Origin: Dicyema japonicum
Taxonomy: Eukaryota > Animalia > Dicyemida
Length of the DNA stretch: 64,000 nucleotides
Assembly (NCBI GenBank): GCA_011109175.1
Contig: RDEW01000014.1
Span: forward strand, 1,010,519 to 1,074,518
Direction of reading: 5' to 3'
Part shown: positions 62,380 through 64,000 of the stretch, piece after piece
Numbering within the stretch: position 1 is the stretch's first letter
Layout: every line of letters starts with the position of its first letter
Program-made: the position numbers and the translations under genes
Notes under the pieces: generated by a model
Databases searched by the model: none
Seen by the model: only the letters and a program-made list of their open reading frames with translations
What the model was told of the DNA's origin: nothing

Positions 62380-63680
62380 CAATCAAACCCCTCTAAACCG
62401 ACTCCTCGGTATACCGGAATTCCCTTAAAACCGGACTAAACTTCTGATCCCGATTCACCTCATAGACCATCACTGCTATTTCATCTTCGATATACCGGAT
62501 CTCCTCTATTCCGAATACCGGCCGTATTTTGTGGTCCCAACTTGAATTTTCTTTTATCATAAACCGGCCTTCTGACATCAATCTTTGATCTAATCCTATT
62601 AATCGTCTTTAACCTTGAATTGAATCAACGATAGAGATATATATTGCGAACTCGACAGAAAACCAAAAACTACAAGATGATAGCAAAGAAAACGATTACG
62701 TTGCGAATTGTCTTTAAAGAAAATTCATATAATAAATGAATCGAACCAAACACCTAAGCCGACACAAAAATTTCTCAGCAAGAAATATGGAGTTGGATGC
62801 AGCAGTGTATCAGACATACTTAAAAAGGCTGATATTTATTTGGAATTATTCAATAACAACGCAAATTCTGCTAAAAAACGTTTTGACAAAAACTGCAAAT
62901 TTGAAAATTTGAATAAAATCACTTGGGAGTGGTAGCACGTTCCAAAAACTTTTGTTTGTCGGGAAAAATTATTATCGCAAAAGCTACAGTGTTTGCTAAA
63001 GCACTGGGCGAAAATGATTTTAAAGCTTCCACTGTCTGGTTATGCAGGTGGAAGTCCCGTTACTCAATCCAGTCGTACTGTATCAGTGGTGAAAAAGCAA
63101 ATGTTGACAGTGATGTTGTTTCTGACTGGGTGGAACGTGTACCTTTTCTAATTGAGGAATATCGACCAGAGGATATATTTAACTGCGACGAAACTGGATT
63201 ATTCTATCGTGTCCTTCCTGATAAAACACTATCAGTAAGAGATAATCATCACAGTGGATCAAAGAAGTCGAAGGAACGTCTTACTGTAATGCTTGCATGC
63301 AGTTCGACAGGAGAAAAGCTAAAGCCAATTGTAATTGGCAAGTCTCGAAAACCCCGATGTTTAAAGAATATTAATCTGAATGAGTTACCTGTTATTTACT
63401 GCTCCAACGTTACAGCCTGGATGACATCGAAATTGTTTTCAAAATGGTTGCTGCATGTGAACATGCAGATGATGCGCCAGAAACGAAAAATTATTATGTT
63501 TTTGAATAATGCAGCATCACATTCACCAAACGTAAAATATTCCAATGTGGAACTCAAATTTCTTCCAGCTAACACAACGAGTGTCATACAGCCTCTGGAT
63601 CAAAGAATTATTCGGTCATTTAAAGAAAGATACAGAAGACTACTAACGACTCAACTTCTTGCCAAAATGGATACAGAAAC
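62380..63680 (+). mobile_element. pogo/Tigger transposon (CENP-B-type HTH plus DDE), 3' truncated
   Basis: TIR-like TA-CAATCAAACCCCTCTAAACCG. KKYGVGCSSVSDILK, FKASTVWL, IFNCDETGLFY, KERLTVML, NVTAWMT, FLNNAASH (second D to N), PANTTSVIQPLDQ. Confidence 0.9.
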
Positions 63681-64000
63681 CAATCCGAAACCAACACCAA
63701 AACCCAAAGAGCATATTTCTCGCACGTCTATCCCCTGCATTATCTGTGGAGAGGCAAACAAGAGGAAATATAGTATCCAATGTTCCTGTTGCCCAAATTT
63801 TAGACACCTTGGGTGCAACAAGCTGAAAAGACGGACTGCTCAGTGTTTCCCAAGTTGGTCATGCCCCACATGCCTTGGGAACCTCACAAGGCAAAAGGAA
63901 CCGCTCTCTGGTTCAGTCCTGGACCTATCTAACACGAACGAATGTTTACGCCGCCTGAACCGGCTTGTATCAGAGAGGGTTATCCCACTCAGAATCCCAA
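63667..64000 (+). mobile_element. PHD finger plus probable start of a CRE-clade ORF, running off the window
   Basis: CIIC...CSCC...HLGC...WSCPTC (C4HC3) at 63736-63873, then VIPLRIP matching IPIRIPR at the start of the CRE at about 25250. Confidence 0.7.

Overview
AT-rich eukaryotic genomic DNA read in the standard code. Seven recognisable host genes lie in a dense field of mostly decayed transposable elements: a SARM1/TIR-1 orthologue, PPIP5K/VIP1, RPS10, eIF1A, GHITM, RPS16 and a single-PDZ protein. Every intron I could delimit is only 21-30 nt. With the metazoan-type SARM1 this points to a highly reduced animal, most likely a dicyemid mesozoan (inference; a myxozoan or similar parasite is not excluded). 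The mobile elements include RTE-, CRE-, R4- and jockey/I-group-like non-LTR retrotransposons, hAT, pogo/Tigger, two Mutator-like (FLYWCH) derivatives and a foldback-like TA-inserting element whose empty target site is also in the window. Many frameshifts in otherwise conserved frames are single-base homopolymer indels, so the assembly appears imperfectly polished and fine-scale anomalies need read-level confirmation. The best leads are: the 21-bp-periodic foldback element; the two MULE copies with swapped terminal tips and a hitchhiking CRE fragment; an in-frame pogo-DDE/PHD/CRE junction; possibly microsporidia-like R4 elements; and SARM1 retention in a reduced animal. No prokaryotic system or CRISPR array is present.
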